Assembly (NCBI GenBank): GCA_030141605.1
Contig: JAQGDQ010002367.1
Location: 62,001-126,000 of the forward strand
Source of the DNA: Tubiluchus corallicola
Taxonomy: Eukaryota; Animalia; Priapulida
Length of the DNA stretch: 64,000 nt
Direction of reading: 5' to 3'
Shown: positions 1 to 12,959 of the stretch, in pieces
Layout of the letters: every line of letters begins with the position of its first letter
Position numbering within the stretch: position 1 is the first letter of the stretch
Translations under genes and position numbers: made by a program
The notes under the pieces: model-generated
Seen by the model: only the letters and a program-made list of their open reading frames with translations
What the model was told of the DNA's origin: nothing
The model's database searches: none

Positions 1-689
1 AAGGTCACTGTCGCATTACAAAGTGAAAGCATCTTATTTGATGCATTCATGCGTCGCGGCTTTCACACTTGCGATCACGTAAATACGTGCAAAAGCCGCA
101 AAGCAAAGATCATATTATATGCGTAATAATGATAACATTAACAAACAGCTAAGTTACTCATAGCATAGCCATTATGAAGTAAGAAATTTTAATAAGGCAA
201 GGCATATATTTGAAGTCGTCAAACTGTTAGTGACCAGGAAAAGATGGTCAATTCCTGGGTCGCCGAAAAATAGGCCAATGGAATATTATAATGGTAATAA
301 TAGATAATATATAATATATAATGGTAATAATAGACTCGATAACAGAACAATAATAACAGAATGACAGACCAGTACAAATGTATACGGATGACGAGAATGA
401 ATACTGGATTTTTAGAAAATGATTATAATGTGCAAGTTAAAATTATTACCAGCCATTAGCTAGTATAGATAGACGAAAATTTAAAGACTGCTATCAGAGG
501 AACAAAGATAAGTGGTTAAGACGAAATAAATAGGACAGATAGCAGCAAATAGAAGTTCTGATGATAATAAAAGGTTGGGAAGAGATAGTTGTTTAAAGAA
601 CAACATTAAATCTACACGTTCAATGGACTACAGAGCAGAAGTAATTAAGGACAATGATGACAGAGCAAAATTAGTAGTCACATTAGAAA

Positions 690-3600
690 GTGAAGATATA
701 CCTTTTTGCAAAGTTAAGATAGGCCAAAAGTGACAACCTACATTAATAGACTCAAGCGTGGCTATTAACGTTATTGAAGAAAAACTTTTTAGTGCATTGC
801 CAAAAAACTTAAAAGGTCGAGTACAGCCACCCAACCGAGACTTAACATTGAATACAGCAATGAAACATGTTGCTAACTTAATCGGGCAGATTGTTTTACC
901 AGTAGAAATTGGTCAGGACACCTTTCATTTACTTTTTCACATAGAAGAGCAAATAGCGAAACCATTGATTTTGGGAAATACATTTTTTCATAAATCAGGA
1001 GCAATTTTAGATATTGCTAATTCTCTTTTGTTTATCGATTTGGAGGTTGTTCGTTTTTCTTCTCTGGATAAGCTACATCATGATTTGACTTTCTTTATCA
1101 AGGCTCATGAGAAAATTATTCTTCAGAGTAAAACGGATGTTCTTGTTAAAGCTTATGTAGGAGGTGTGAGAAACTTCAACAGGAATACTACACGTTTGTT
1201 CATTAACTTCATTGCCAATTTTTAAGCAAGATAATGATTGTCAAGCTGTTCCAGTAGTGGTCAAACACAGAAGAGGCTTAATTTGTATCCCTATGTTGAA
1301 TATTGGATCAGATTTTGTCGAAAGGGGAAGTAATTGTGATTGCGAATCCAGCACCAAAACATTATTGCTATCAAGTGTCAAAATCATTAGAGTGCACTTC
1401 AATTACGGAAAGAATTCCCGAGATTTACTGTAAATTATTGAAGAAAGTTGTAAGAGTTCTGCTATTGATAAAGCTCAGAGAGTATCACGTCAATTTAAAT
1501 TCAATGAAAAGATTTCCATTATTGCTAATCAATCGAGAAAATCATCCTAGAGACAAACTTATGTAGATGTTATGATGCAAACAAGGAAGAATCCTATTAT
1601 GACGAATCGTTTTCACAAAAAAATTGGGAGACGAAAAAGAGATACCAGCCGCAAGATGTAAGAGTATATGATGGAAGACCAGGCAAAACACAAGTTGTTT
1701 TTCATGATAGACCAAAATCGCGTATATACTATCAACAATGATTGGCAGAATAAAAAAAGACACATATCAGAATTGAGAAGACGCAATTAGAGAAGAGCCG
1801 AGAAAAAGATTTTGGTGAGAGGGTTACTCACAGTGAAGATTAACGGATTAGTACAAGAACTACTGCTAGACAATATAAAAAATTTATATCTAATATGTCT
1901 TCTAGATAGAGTTAAGAAACTCATTATCGCTGAAAGAGATTGTTTTACAAGTAAAGATAAAGATTTAGTGGGAACAACAGAGGCAGAATTTAAAATACGT
2001 TTAACTGATGACACACTATTCAAATGTCGTGTCTATCCCGTACGAATACATTTGGAAAAGGTAGTAGATGACACCATTGAATCACTCTTAAAAGCTGGAA
2101 TAATCAGTCCATATGATGCACCGTACAGTAGTCCTGTACTATTAGTGTGTAAGAAGGAGGAATGTTGCAGGATGTTGCTTGACTTTCGATATTTGAATTC
2201 AAGGACAGTCAAGGACAATATACAACGACTTCGAATTGACAGAATTCTAAATCGTCTCTATTCTAAGCCGAGAAGAGACTATTTTTACTGTTTTGGATCT
2301 CAAAAGTGCTTTTCAGGTAGATACCTATGAGACAAAATTCTTGAGACTAGGCAACATTTACAACTTATCATGGTAGTTTGTATAACTTTAACGTTTGTCC
2401 CTTTGGAGCTACAAATTCTCCATCAGCATTTCTTAAATTAGCCCATACTTTGGTTAAGGATCTATTTACGGACGATAAGAGGCACAGACTACATTGTTTT
2501 GTACATGATCTATTAGTTTCAGAACCAGATGATGAGATTCATTGAAGACTTGCAGGATGCTTTTGACAGACTAAGGAAAGCAAGATTGAAATGTCAATTG
2601 CAAAAATGCAATTGTTAACCTCTGGAGTTGAATATTTGGGATATGTAGTAAAGCCCGAAGCCAGAAAAGATAGTGGTAATTCAAAATTTAGAAATACCCA
2701 AACTCAAAAACAAGTTAAGGCTTTCATTGGAATAGCTCATTTTTATAGAAATTTCATACCTGATTTTGATGGAAAAGCTTAATTAATCACTTTTACAATT
2801 ACTTAGAAAAGGACAGTAATTCATACAGACACAAGAAAGAAATCAAGCTCCCAGATCAAAAAAAAAGCTTATACAATTCATGCGGACGGTAGCAATTTTG
2901 CAATTTCGACAGTCCTACAGCAGACTGACACTAATGGTAATGCAACGATCCTAGCTAGTAGCCCAGCATCGAGACGTGTTTCCATTAAATGAAGCGGCAC
3001 TCCAAAAACAGGACTCTCTGGACTTACTAGGCATGCTCGTCTGTCCGAACCTAGGTCTATGCTCCCAAACCCTGAGATGTTAAGACGATTTGACGTATAA
3101 CGGACCCCCAACTATGTATATTAAGATTGCTACTAACCAGAGATTTCCCAACACGCTACAAACAGTTAAATCCGCCAGTAATATGTACTGCGAATTGAGG
3201 AAGTACGGTGCGCTGTGTCTGTCGATGGAAATAATCGCTCACACTCTGTGTTTCTGTGATGTATAGAGCTACCGATGCACACAAACCTTGTTCATTCACT
3301 TATATATTTAAATATTCATGGTTGATAACTATATTAAGTATTACTTAATATTTATTAGTATGATTCACCCTAATGTATCTATTTCTGGTAAAATAGTATT
3401 TCGTTATTTTAGGCGCAATTATGATTGAATATGTTATTTTAGGTGATGGTCCTGCCACATGTTCTAATACTGACTCCGAGTAGGATTTCTATTCGCATTT
3501 TGGTATTAACCTGTTAAACATTTAGACTTGCTACTATTTGTGTGATCTTATTTCAGCAGTGGTTCCTGACAAAGTACTTCTGCAGCCTTAACACGCAACA

Positions 3601-3998
3601 CAAACGCAATAAAACCGAAACACTAAACAAATGAGTTAAAATATGAAAGCTCCCGACTAAATAACTTTTATGACGAAATAGTGTTTACATTGACAAGAAT
3701 TTCAGGAAGTGACATGATATGAACTGATATAAGTTACACAAATGGAACAGATAGGGAAAAGATTATTTTAACAACCTGAACGTTTAAAAAGTTATTACTT
3801 CGACATAGATACAGTGATTTTATTGAAATTAAACAACTAAAGCCAAAGAGGAGGTGAACTAGGTCACCTGAGAGCAATTTCATAATGTTAACAAGTCTTA
3901 GTGCAAGGAAGTATAAGGCGACCTCTCACCACAAGCTCCCGTCTCTACTCTAACTGTCTAGCAAGTAAAAAATGGAGCGATTCCACTCACTCACTCAC

Positions 3999-4046
<48 letters not shown>

Positions 4047-4116
4047 CCTCTCCTCTCCCTCTCTCCCTCTCCCTCTCCCTCTCTCCTCTCCCTCTCTCCC
4101 TCTCTCTCTCTCTCTC

Positions 4117-4205
<89 letters not shown>

Positions 4206-5020
4206 GATGAACACATTACCGGAAACTCCACCGACTGCACTAACGTTCAGAAAATATCAAAAACATTTTGACTTACTGAACACTCCGGAAAAGATAGATC
4301 AATACTTAGTGGAGATAAAAGATAAGACTGACAGATAAGTAAAACAATACAAAGAAAAATTAGGACTATATGACAATCACAGTCCAGATGAAACAGATGA
4401 GGATGGTTATTGTTCTGAACAAGAGGAAGAAGGTTCAAGGACAGAAATGCCATTAGATGTGCATTCAGAAGAAGTATGGCAAGATGAAGACCCAATATCA
4501 AATGTACCAGATGTGACAGATACATCTGATGCCTTCGATGCACTTAACCAGACACAATCAACTAAAAAGGGGAATAACAATACTTCATCGCGAGAAAAAT
4601 TGCTAGAAAATTAACAAATGGAGGCACAATCTCAGACTAACATACCAATAACCCGTACTAAAGAACATTTGCCAATAAATCTCGAATTAGTGTTAAAATG
4701 GCAAGCTGAAGACGAATATTTAGCTGAAATTATTCATATTCTTACTTTCCCCGTCAACCGAAATCGAGACGAGGAATAATTTTTCATCGCTGATGATAAC
4801 TATTTTGATAGGATAGAACAGACTGCGTCAGTAAATTGTGAACAAGAATTATTACGATTGGCTATACTTGCAAGACTTTTTAATACCATTATTGACTTGT
4901 GCCATAATACATATGGACATTCAGGTTACGCTAGTCTTTATCAGAGGCTTAAAAATCGTTACTGATGGCCCAAAATGCTTCAACAGATTATTTATTTATC
5001 AAAGAAATCAAGGAAAGCAA
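690..5020 (+). mobile_element. Degenerate Ty3/Gypsy pol relic (PR-RT-RNaseH-INT order), interrupted by insertions
   Basis: Protease-like LIDSSVAINVI (~743); RT YSSPVLLVCKK..CRMLLDFRYLN; VEYLGYVV; VKAFIGIAHFYRNFIPDF; RNaseH start DGSNFAISTVLQQ (~2886); integrase Zn finger HNTYGHSGYASLYQRLKNRY*WPKM (~4903-4978). Many stops and frameshifts; ends approximate. Confidence 0.85.
3985..4202. repeat. Compound (CACT)n/(CT)n/(CTGT)n microsatellite
   Basis: Visible directly in the sequence. Confidence 0.97.
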
Positions 5021-5099
5021 TCAAAGAACAAATTGATAATGCTCTCGCACAAGAACTGGACAACTGGATGAAGGAGAACACTGCAAGGAAAAGTTCTTT

Positions 5100-5776
5100 A
5101 GAAAACACCCAGGCCACGTTAAGCAAGATGTGAAACACTTAAGGTACAAAACAGCTATTACATCACCGACAAGGAAAAAAGTGGCGTCTTATATGATACA
5201 TTTTTCAGCGGAAAATATGTTGACAAGTCTGCATTTGATAACAAATGGTACCGGCAAGTGCAACACTTTGCTAGTCCAACCTATGCCACAAGATGAAGAA
5301 ACATTGTGGGTCACTGACAACTTCACCATGGAAAAAGTAATGCAAGCTATAAAAATACAAAATGTAATAATAAAACCTTAAACACAGATGGGTGCTGCCC
5401 ACTCGTGATACGGACTTTTGGGCTAAAGTCGTGTTTTGAACTTGGTAAATATATGCTTAGAAAATAGAGTATGGTCTTCATATATTCTTATATATAATCT
5501 GGTAGGACATATTATAGTCATCTTAGCAACTACAGGCCTACAACAATAACGGTAAATTATTATTGCTGTAAATTAGCTAAAAAATTATAGCACATAGGTT
5601 ACATCTCTATACTTGTGATAAAGGCCTACTAGATGAACAGCAGGAGGGATTCAAATCGGGTTGCAGAACCACCTGACGCTTAGTTAGGTTGATATCTAAT
5701 ATAGAAGGAAAATTAATGCATAAATATGCCTGGATGGCTCATTGAGGTGATTTTAAAAAAAAAGCATTTGACAGCG
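5100..5776 (+). mobile_element. Non-LTR retrotransposon RT fragment
   Basis: FTMEKVMQAIK, SNYRPT (~5525), DEQQEGFKSGCRTT and KKAFDS motifs in the normal RT order, with frameshifts. Confidence 0.75.
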
Positions 5777-6488
5777 AATTTGTGTCGAAGGCATGAGTCA
5801 CTAAGAGTTTGTAAGCTGCAAATAGAGTAAAAATAATTAAATTTATTTTAGACCCCTATTTCTTTTACTTCACAAAATTTCTGTATGCAACGATAAGAAC
5901 AGCAACACGGTAGCAGCTGTAGTTACAAAACAAGACAACAACAACTTTGAAGAAGCGTATACGGTGTGTAGACTTTTCTTGTACCCACGACAAATTATAA
6001 TGTTAATCTTTGATTAAAATAACGTTTGTCGTCGATTTTAGAGATAGGCTTTACAACGTTTATCAGCAGACAAAAGTTGTTACAGTTGTCGTTTTGACCT
6101 TACAACGTTTGTGATTGCAGATTTATAAAATTTAGCGTTAGTGTCGCGTTGTTATAGTTATTATAACGTTTGTGTAACATCAGCCGAGAAAATTACTTTC
6201 ATTTGCCAAATTACTTAAATCGCTTTCTACATTTTCCTAATGTAGTGGACGATATTTGATGATTAATTAGGCTCTGGTCGCGCCACAAATAAACTAAATG
6301 ATGAATTACATTTTATATAATCCCATGTTTTAGAAAAAGAATCCGAAAAGTAAAAGAGTACTTCTAAACTTGTAAATTATGTTTTGCTATCAGACAAATA
6401 CGTAATCTTTTCACAGAAATTTTTTTATCAATTTACAAGTAAATAATATTTAGCAAATACTCATGTTTCCTGCGTATTTTGTATTTTG

Positions 6489-6490
<2 letters not shown>

Positions 6491-6525
<35 letters not shown>

Positions 6526-6549
6526 TATCACATATATATATATATATAT
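6491..6549. repeat. (TA)n microsatellite
   Basis: Visible directly. Confidence 0.95.
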
Positions 6550-6640
6550 CCTGAGAAAACGGATATTTTTTTCCGTTTTCTCAGGATATTTTTTTATTTC
6601 GTCTGTCATACTCTAATCTCAGCAAACATCTTTTGCTTAC

Positions 6641-7477
6641 CTGCCGCTTTAATATTTCGTCAGCTTGGATAAGGCGGCAATGTTTCTTTCTAGGAAGTTT
6701 TAATATAGCTTGAGCTCGTTCGTAGTACAAGGTAAAGTTATTCACAATAACTGGCACTGGTAAGGCAATGATTAAAAGACCAGCTATAGCGCAGAAAAAA
6801 CCAACTATCATTCCAGCTAGTGTCTTCGGAATTAAGTCTCCATATCCGATTGTTGTCATGGTGATGAGTGCCCACCAAAATCCTCGGAATATGCTGTCAA
6901 ACTGGCTAGGGATATCTTCTTCCGTTAACCGTTCAGCATAGTATACTAGACTTGCAAATATCACGACTAAAATCATAATGATCATCACTAGCAACGTTAA
7001 TTCTTTCACACTGGCTTTAATTGTGGTTACAAGGACGTGTAGCCCGCTTAAATGTCGAGTCAACTTAAAAATACGAAATATTCGGATAAAGCGAAAAAAA
7101 TTGATAAATTCCGACATTTCCCAAGCTGCTGGAGCTGTAGTCGGAAAGACTGCTCGAACCGTTAGCAATGTCATTTTTAGATAAAACGGCACGAGAGAAA
7201 GAAGATCGACTAAATTCAGCGGTCCCTTGAAAAACTTTCTCTTTGAAGGTGCACAAACAAATTTGAAAATGAGTTCTGTGGTAAAATATGCTGAGCAAAT
7301 GTATTCGACTATGTCTAGACTAGTGAGAGGCACGATGTGATATTCAGCAATGTAGTGATTACCAGATGTTCTATTTAAAGCATATAAAGGCACTGTCCTC
7401 TGGGCACCTTTGTACGTCTCAGTGCAGAAACCAAATATAGATATTCCCACAAAGAGCAAAGAAATGATATGCAGAGT
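6641..7477 (-). CDS. Shaw: Shaw/Kv3 channel coding exon 3 (S1-S6, pore)
   Basis: Acceptor GTTTTTTAG|ACT; S4 FFRFIRIFRIFKLTRH; pore FWWALITMTTIGYGDLIPKT; S6 ALPVPVIVNNF; strong donor CAG|GTAAGC after 6641 (837 nt, phase 0). Without splicing the ORF runs on to the stop at 6581. Confidence 0.95.
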
Positions 7478-7959
7478 CTAAAAAACAAATGTAAAAGATT
7501 CATTAAATTTTATATATCTACTTTTAATAGCCAAAATAACGTAATACTGCATAGATTATGGTTTTAACATTGCATACGTTGGTAATAAATACAATGTTAC
7601 TGTTGATCATTTTATTAAGAAACGCGAATCCAGTAATACCGTTATTGTAGGGCAAACCAGTGCCAATGAAAACGATAATCTAATTAAAGAATTTCTAATG
7701 GGGATTTTAAAAATGCATGGGTGGTGGAGAGTTTTACTTTCTGAACAATAATGATTTGAGTAATATACGTAGACACAACGTTTCGATGAAATTTCTTATT
7801 AATATTGTATTATAAATGTCTGTTATAAATCGCCTTTATTACTAATCTATAATCACTTATTTATTTTTGCTTTTTATCTCTTGATGTACTAACCTTTTTT
7901 ACATAATGATCGCACTGATGTATATATCGCGTTGATCGAAAATAAAGGATAATAATAAG

Positions 7960-8469
7960 TGTTCTGCCGTCGTGCTCTTGCTGTCAAGGTAGTGTAATAA
8001 CCCCTGGACGATTTGAACCAGAATTATCAGTGGGCGAGAAGCCTCGGTACGAGTACCACTGTTATCGCATTGAGAAAGTAGATACTAACCCAACGCCTGG
8101 GAGACGTTGACCCGTACAAAATCTTGACTAATCTAGTAAACGTTGAAACTGTCAGATGTTTGAGACTTGCTAATGTTTTGTTAGTGTGAAAGAATCTTTG
8201 TAATTGAACTAAATAACTTTGGGCGTGTATGTGTGTGTAATTCCTGCTTTCGGACTAAAAGTTCAATGACTGGAATGTATGTGTTTGTTTTATTTGTAAC
8301 AAATAAAACGATTTTATACTACTAGCTAGCTAAACATAAAACATAAGGAAGAATCTACTTTGAAGGGTTACCGCACTCTCACATTGGAGCCTGAAATAGC
8401 GGAAGCAGGCTTGTTCTGTTTGGCGCTTAAACTAACACCAGCAACCACTGAACTCCACGAACCAGAATG
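7960..8469 (+). mobile_element. Possible solo LTR
   Basis: Starts TGTTCTG, ends CAGAATG (imperfect inverted terminus), internal AATAAA at ~8302, higher GC than flanks; no clear TSD. Confidence 0.3.
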
Positions 8470-8694
8470 AGGCATTTGTATTTATAGATTTTGGCATCAT
8501 TTTGCACATGTAAAACAGATAAGTATTTAAATTTAAGCCAATCATAAAGTAGATTTGTGAGTTTCATGCACTGTAAGATTACACATTTTGATTTACAGGG
8601 GTGTTTTTGCTTTGAAGCGACTTTGAAATAACATACAGTCCGTATATTTTGTGTCCTTGAGTGAGTGAAAGTTTGAAAGCAAGACAGGAGCTCA

Positions 8695-8811
8695 GCAACA
8701 CAACAACAACAACAATAATAATAATAATGATAATGATAGTGATAGTGAGATAGTGATAGTGATAATGATAATGATAATAATAATGATAATGATGATGATA
8801 ATAATAATAAT
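8695..8811. repeat. Compound (CAA)/(AAT)/(GAT) trinucleotide microsatellite
   Basis: Visible directly. Confidence 0.9.
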
Positions 8812-9579
8812 ATCTATTTCTATTATCGTCATTATCACTATTATCATTATACTGATAAATAACGATGATAGTAACTACTAATAAATTTTAAAGCTGAGTT
8901 ACGCAAAAATTTATGTGTTAACTCACATAGTGCCATAAAGACTACATACACAACAATTACGTATTTTTATAAAACTAAGTATTTATAAAAACATTTTGCA
9001 GTAACCTTTAAGCGCTTGATAGCTATGGGTTGTAGCCTTATCAGTAATTACACACCGAGGTATGTCACTGACGATTGTGAGGAGGCAATAAATTTTCATT
9101 GAACGCTCAGCAGAGTGTAGAGCCGATAGGTGAACGTAGTCTCTATTTAGAGTATAATAATAATGATAGTCTTGTCCTCTAGAAACTGTAAACCGTAAAC
9201 TAAAAGGGAATTACGGAGATAGTATAATTAGAGAAGAATCGAAGCTTTCGAGCCAACAATAAATTTTCTAATAGCAAAGGAAAACTGTGTTAAATAGTGA
9301 TTTTGATTAAATTGGCGACTAAATTATTAAATTAATAATTCAAGATTAAATGCTTGACGATGCAAGATTAAACTATCGTCCTGGCTAGAAGCCTAGTTAG
9401 GTGGTGGCATCACGTGACCAGCTGATCTTCGACCGGCTGACTCACAAGTAAAGATTGATGATGTAATCGTTATGCGCAGAAGCTCGCGGCGCATTAGGTA
9501 GTTAGACAAAAGTGAGGCCCGCACGCGAAATTTTTTTTTGCAACTGAGTTCCGGACAGATTATTTTCCTCATTTGCATT

Positions 9580-9711
9580 AACCAATCAGCGTCTATGTTG
9601 TTCAGGGGCGCTTCAGAGCAAGAAACCAATCAGCGTCTATGTTGTTCAGGGGCGCTTCAGAGCAAGAAACCAATCAGCGTCTATGTTGATCAGGGGCGCT
9701 TCAGAGCAAGA
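9580..9711 (+). repeat. 3 x 44-bp tandem repeat carrying CCAAT boxes (putative MULE promoter)
   Basis: Unit AACCAATCAGCGTCTATGTTGTTCAGGGGCGCTTCAGAGCAAGA at 9580, 9624 and 9668 (one substitution in copy 3); runs into AAGATGGCG. Confidence 0.95.
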
Positions 9712-12700
9712 TGGCGATCCACGTGTGTGAGTTCTGTGTGAAGGAACCTGACAAATACTCTGAAATTTCTTCATTTGCGGTAAGATTATATTGCTAACTA
9801 ATGGCTAAATGGGCGCTATTACACTTTCGCACCGCCTAGCTTTTTCTAGGTTATTACTCGTTTTTAGGCTCGTAAGTCATCATTCTTACGTCATCAGTGA
9901 ATGTTTCCGCTAATCTAAGTGTAATTTAATAATATATTTAGGTATAATTACCAATAATTACGCTGTATTCACACTTCTACACCTATACAGGGCGTATCGC
10001 CATCTTGTTTGTGTGTGTAGTCACGTGACGAATTTCGTACTAGTTTATGCATTATCAGGGCCTAGCTTAAAAGGCACGTGACACACTTTCATCTTCACCG
10101 CATTTACGAAATAAAGAAAAAACTTTTACTTTTTTATAATCTAATAGTAATAATACTATAGTAATAAATAAAATTAATGATAAATAACTGTAGTCGTCTA
10201 AAATAATTTCCCGCGATACGATACAAACTCCCGTGGCTGCAACCCTAATAATCATAAATTATGCGAAGAAACTAAAAATACATGTTAAGGGCCACATCGT
10301 CACTGCGCGAGAGCGATTGCGCATTAGTGATGTAAACACGGTTATTCACGTGCAGCTTTTAATGGCGGCGGTCGGTAAGTAATGCATGATTTTAATCTGG
10401 ACTTATAAAGCGTAAGAAGCAATAATATTATGGGAATATGGTGTATATTACGCCTGTTGGTCTGCTTTCTGGCCTGCAGGCGTGAAAACAGCCAATAGGC
10501 CAGGAAAAGCTAGGCGGTGCGAAAGTGTAATAGCGCCGGCTAAATGTGGTGGTGGTGTAAGACTATAGATCACTCACTGGGCCTTGTCTCTCGAAAATCA
10601 TACATAAAGTTTGTTTACAAAGAACTTTTGTGCACCTCAAAACCGATTTTTTTTTTCGTACAGCGATAAAAGATATGTGTCTACTACTTTTCTCCTGTGT
10701 GCGCTTTTCGCCTGTAATTGCATGTATACATTATCGTATGTAGGAAACGTAGACGTACATTTGTGTTCTTAAAAATATACAGGGTGTGCCATATAGTGTG
10801 TTGTGTGTGTATAGGCCTAGTAATTTTAATGTTATCATTTGTCTTCAATTATCATTTAGATCTATGGTCCACCACTTTGAGAAAGTTGTAAAAAATTTGT
10901 AAATGTGTAAAAGAGCCTGTTAACAAGTGTGGCAACAGAATATTTAGTCGTCTTACACCAGACTTTAGAGTAGCCTTATGAGACACAATACTTTCCAACC
11001 TCTGCCTTTGTAGCCTTGTGAGACTTTGTATAGCTTGCGCAGTAGAGATGCGCATGTGTGTACCTGTGAGAGATTCTGGATGTGTTGTAACTCGAGAGGA
11101 TATATAAATTGTGATTATAGTCAGGTTCGGCCTGTGTGAGATGCTAGTTATGGAATTTAAAGCTCTTTTTTCGGTTCTTTTAAGATTTTTCCTATCACTG
11201 ATGCTAAACTTGTATTTTCTTTGTCTGGCCTTAACCATTGTCAAGATGTACCTTTTCTGAAGAATAGGCAGCAAGTGTTGTTGAAGGATTAAAGGGATGC
11301 ATCGTTTACATGTGTCTTAAACATTCATTTGCCAGGTTGATTACTTCTGCCATCACAGGACCAGAAAGACCAAAGGGCAAGGGCCACATGCTGGAAAGAA
11401 GAATACTAATTGCCCAGCTGGGTTGCAGATTAAAGTCAAGAATACAAGTTTCTTTAACATCGATGGGCATATAAGGAAATGCCGGTAAGTAATTCAGGTT
11501 TCCTCTGCAGCTAGGCAAAGTACATGTATTTACTGAAGAAAATAAATCGAGGTGTGTCCTTTAAAATGGAATGCTCATCTTTTTTTAATGTTTGCCTATT
11601 TTGAAGTATTTGTTGAAGTGAATATGCCATTCTAATTTTCCCAACAACTTTTAAGGAATGATGTTGTATGCATAGAAAGAATATTTCACTCCTCTTTTTG
11701 TAGTTCAACAGCTTTAGCACAGATGGTATTTGGAATTACATTGTATTATGTTCTTTATGAATTTCAGTTCCGAAGACCCACATCTGCCCAATTATCCAAT
11801 GACAGTCAAGATCAAGTTCTGGCATAACCATCCTATCATGGCATTTGCTGTACTCAAACACCAAGATGTTGCAGAACCAACCAAACAAAAGATCTTGCAA
11901 TTGTTTGAGAATGGCTACACCGCATCGAAGGCACTTGAGTTGCACAAGTTTGACCTTCAAATGGAGGATCCAGAAGAGTATGTGGTCAAAAGTGGAAACC
12001 GAGCCATATGTCCTGATGTATTGCTATAGGTAAGTGATGTTTTACATTGGGAACACTACTCTCCACTGGTATGCCACAACCTAGTCGCCGAGTGGGCAAG
12101 ATATATTGACGGGACTCACTCGTCAGACCCTGGAAACAGGATTACCTCATCTCAGGATTCCTGAGATAAGACTCTTAAAGTATCCTATTGATAAATACCC
12201 TGCTGAAAGTAATACGTAAAAACCTCATTAAAGCTGAACTGATTATAATGAATATTTGGTACGTGGTCAAAAGACTCCTCTGAAGGTCCTAGAGCTGAAT
12301 CAAGAAATGTGGTGTACCTCATGTGACTTCACTCCGCTACCAGTTCTTATTTTGACAACAAACATTTTTCAACTGAAAGTAGGAATTGGACACGATTGCA
12401 GCTTGCTCAGTAATGAATGTCGCCTTAGGCACTCATGTTTTCAAAGTTCTTTTGTCATGTTTCTGACACTTCTTCAGGCTCTGACCTTTTGTGTTTTCTG
12501 CTTTTTTAGGTTGTACTATGCTACTTTCAAGAAGGAATATGGTGAACCAAATTGTCCACAGACTCTGCCTTGGCATCTGCCCTTCATTGCTTTGGGAAGT
12601 ATGCTGGAGTTGCTGAAGCTGTTGGAAACAAGAAAAAAAGAGAATGCTTGTTGGTGCAAAGTCCATTGGTGTCCAACCTACTGCAAGGGCACGCAGGAAA

Positions 12701-12874
12701 ATGGTTGGTGGAGGCCGCAATAAGATTGGATCTGGGCGACCATGCCATACAAATGTCCAGTCATCTTCTGTCACCCCATTTTCCTCGCAGGTAATGCCAA
12801 AATATAAAGCACCACACAGACTTTCTGCATGTGTAGAATGTAACCAAAACACTTGGCAAGACGCATTCTGCTAA
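9711..12874 (+). pseudogene. Spliced MULE-type transposase pseudogene (exons 9711-9779, 11336-11484, 11768-12029, 12510-12874)
   Basis: GT/AG-bounded exons give VDYFCHH..KKNTNCPAGLQIK..R|SEDPHLPNYPMTVKIKFWHNHPI (C-x20-C-x42-HNH, WRKY/GCM1-like finger), CPD/YCYR|LYY..FKKEYG, then directly a C-terminal IGVQPTARARRK..GRP..HRLSACV segment. No DDE core is visible; frameshifts present. Confidence 0.75.
9812..10537. mobile_element. MITE (Mutator-type), 726 bp, nested in the MULE
   Basis: Perfect 33-bp TIR GGCGCTATTACACTTTCGCACCGCCTAGCTTTT; perfect 9-bp TSD GGCTAAATG at 9803-9811 and 10538-10546. Confidence 0.95.
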
Positions 12875-12959
12875 GTAGTACAAGATTGATTGCAAGACAC
12901 TCAGGTTTGACAAAATGCTGTATATTGGAATGAGGTGTTAAGTTACACTGCAGTACTGG

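Noticed and set aside
3901-4338. ORFs rich in SL/ER repeats
   Set aside because: They are translations of the (CT)n microsatellite, not genes.
6800-6880. TIGYGD filter suggesting a KCNQ channel
   Set aside because: The T1 domain with Zn motif, KLTRH and PVP all identify the Shaw/Kv3 family.
9580-9711. 44-bp repeats as a CRISPR-like array
   Set aside because: Head-to-tail units with no spacers, in a eukaryotic context with no cas genes.
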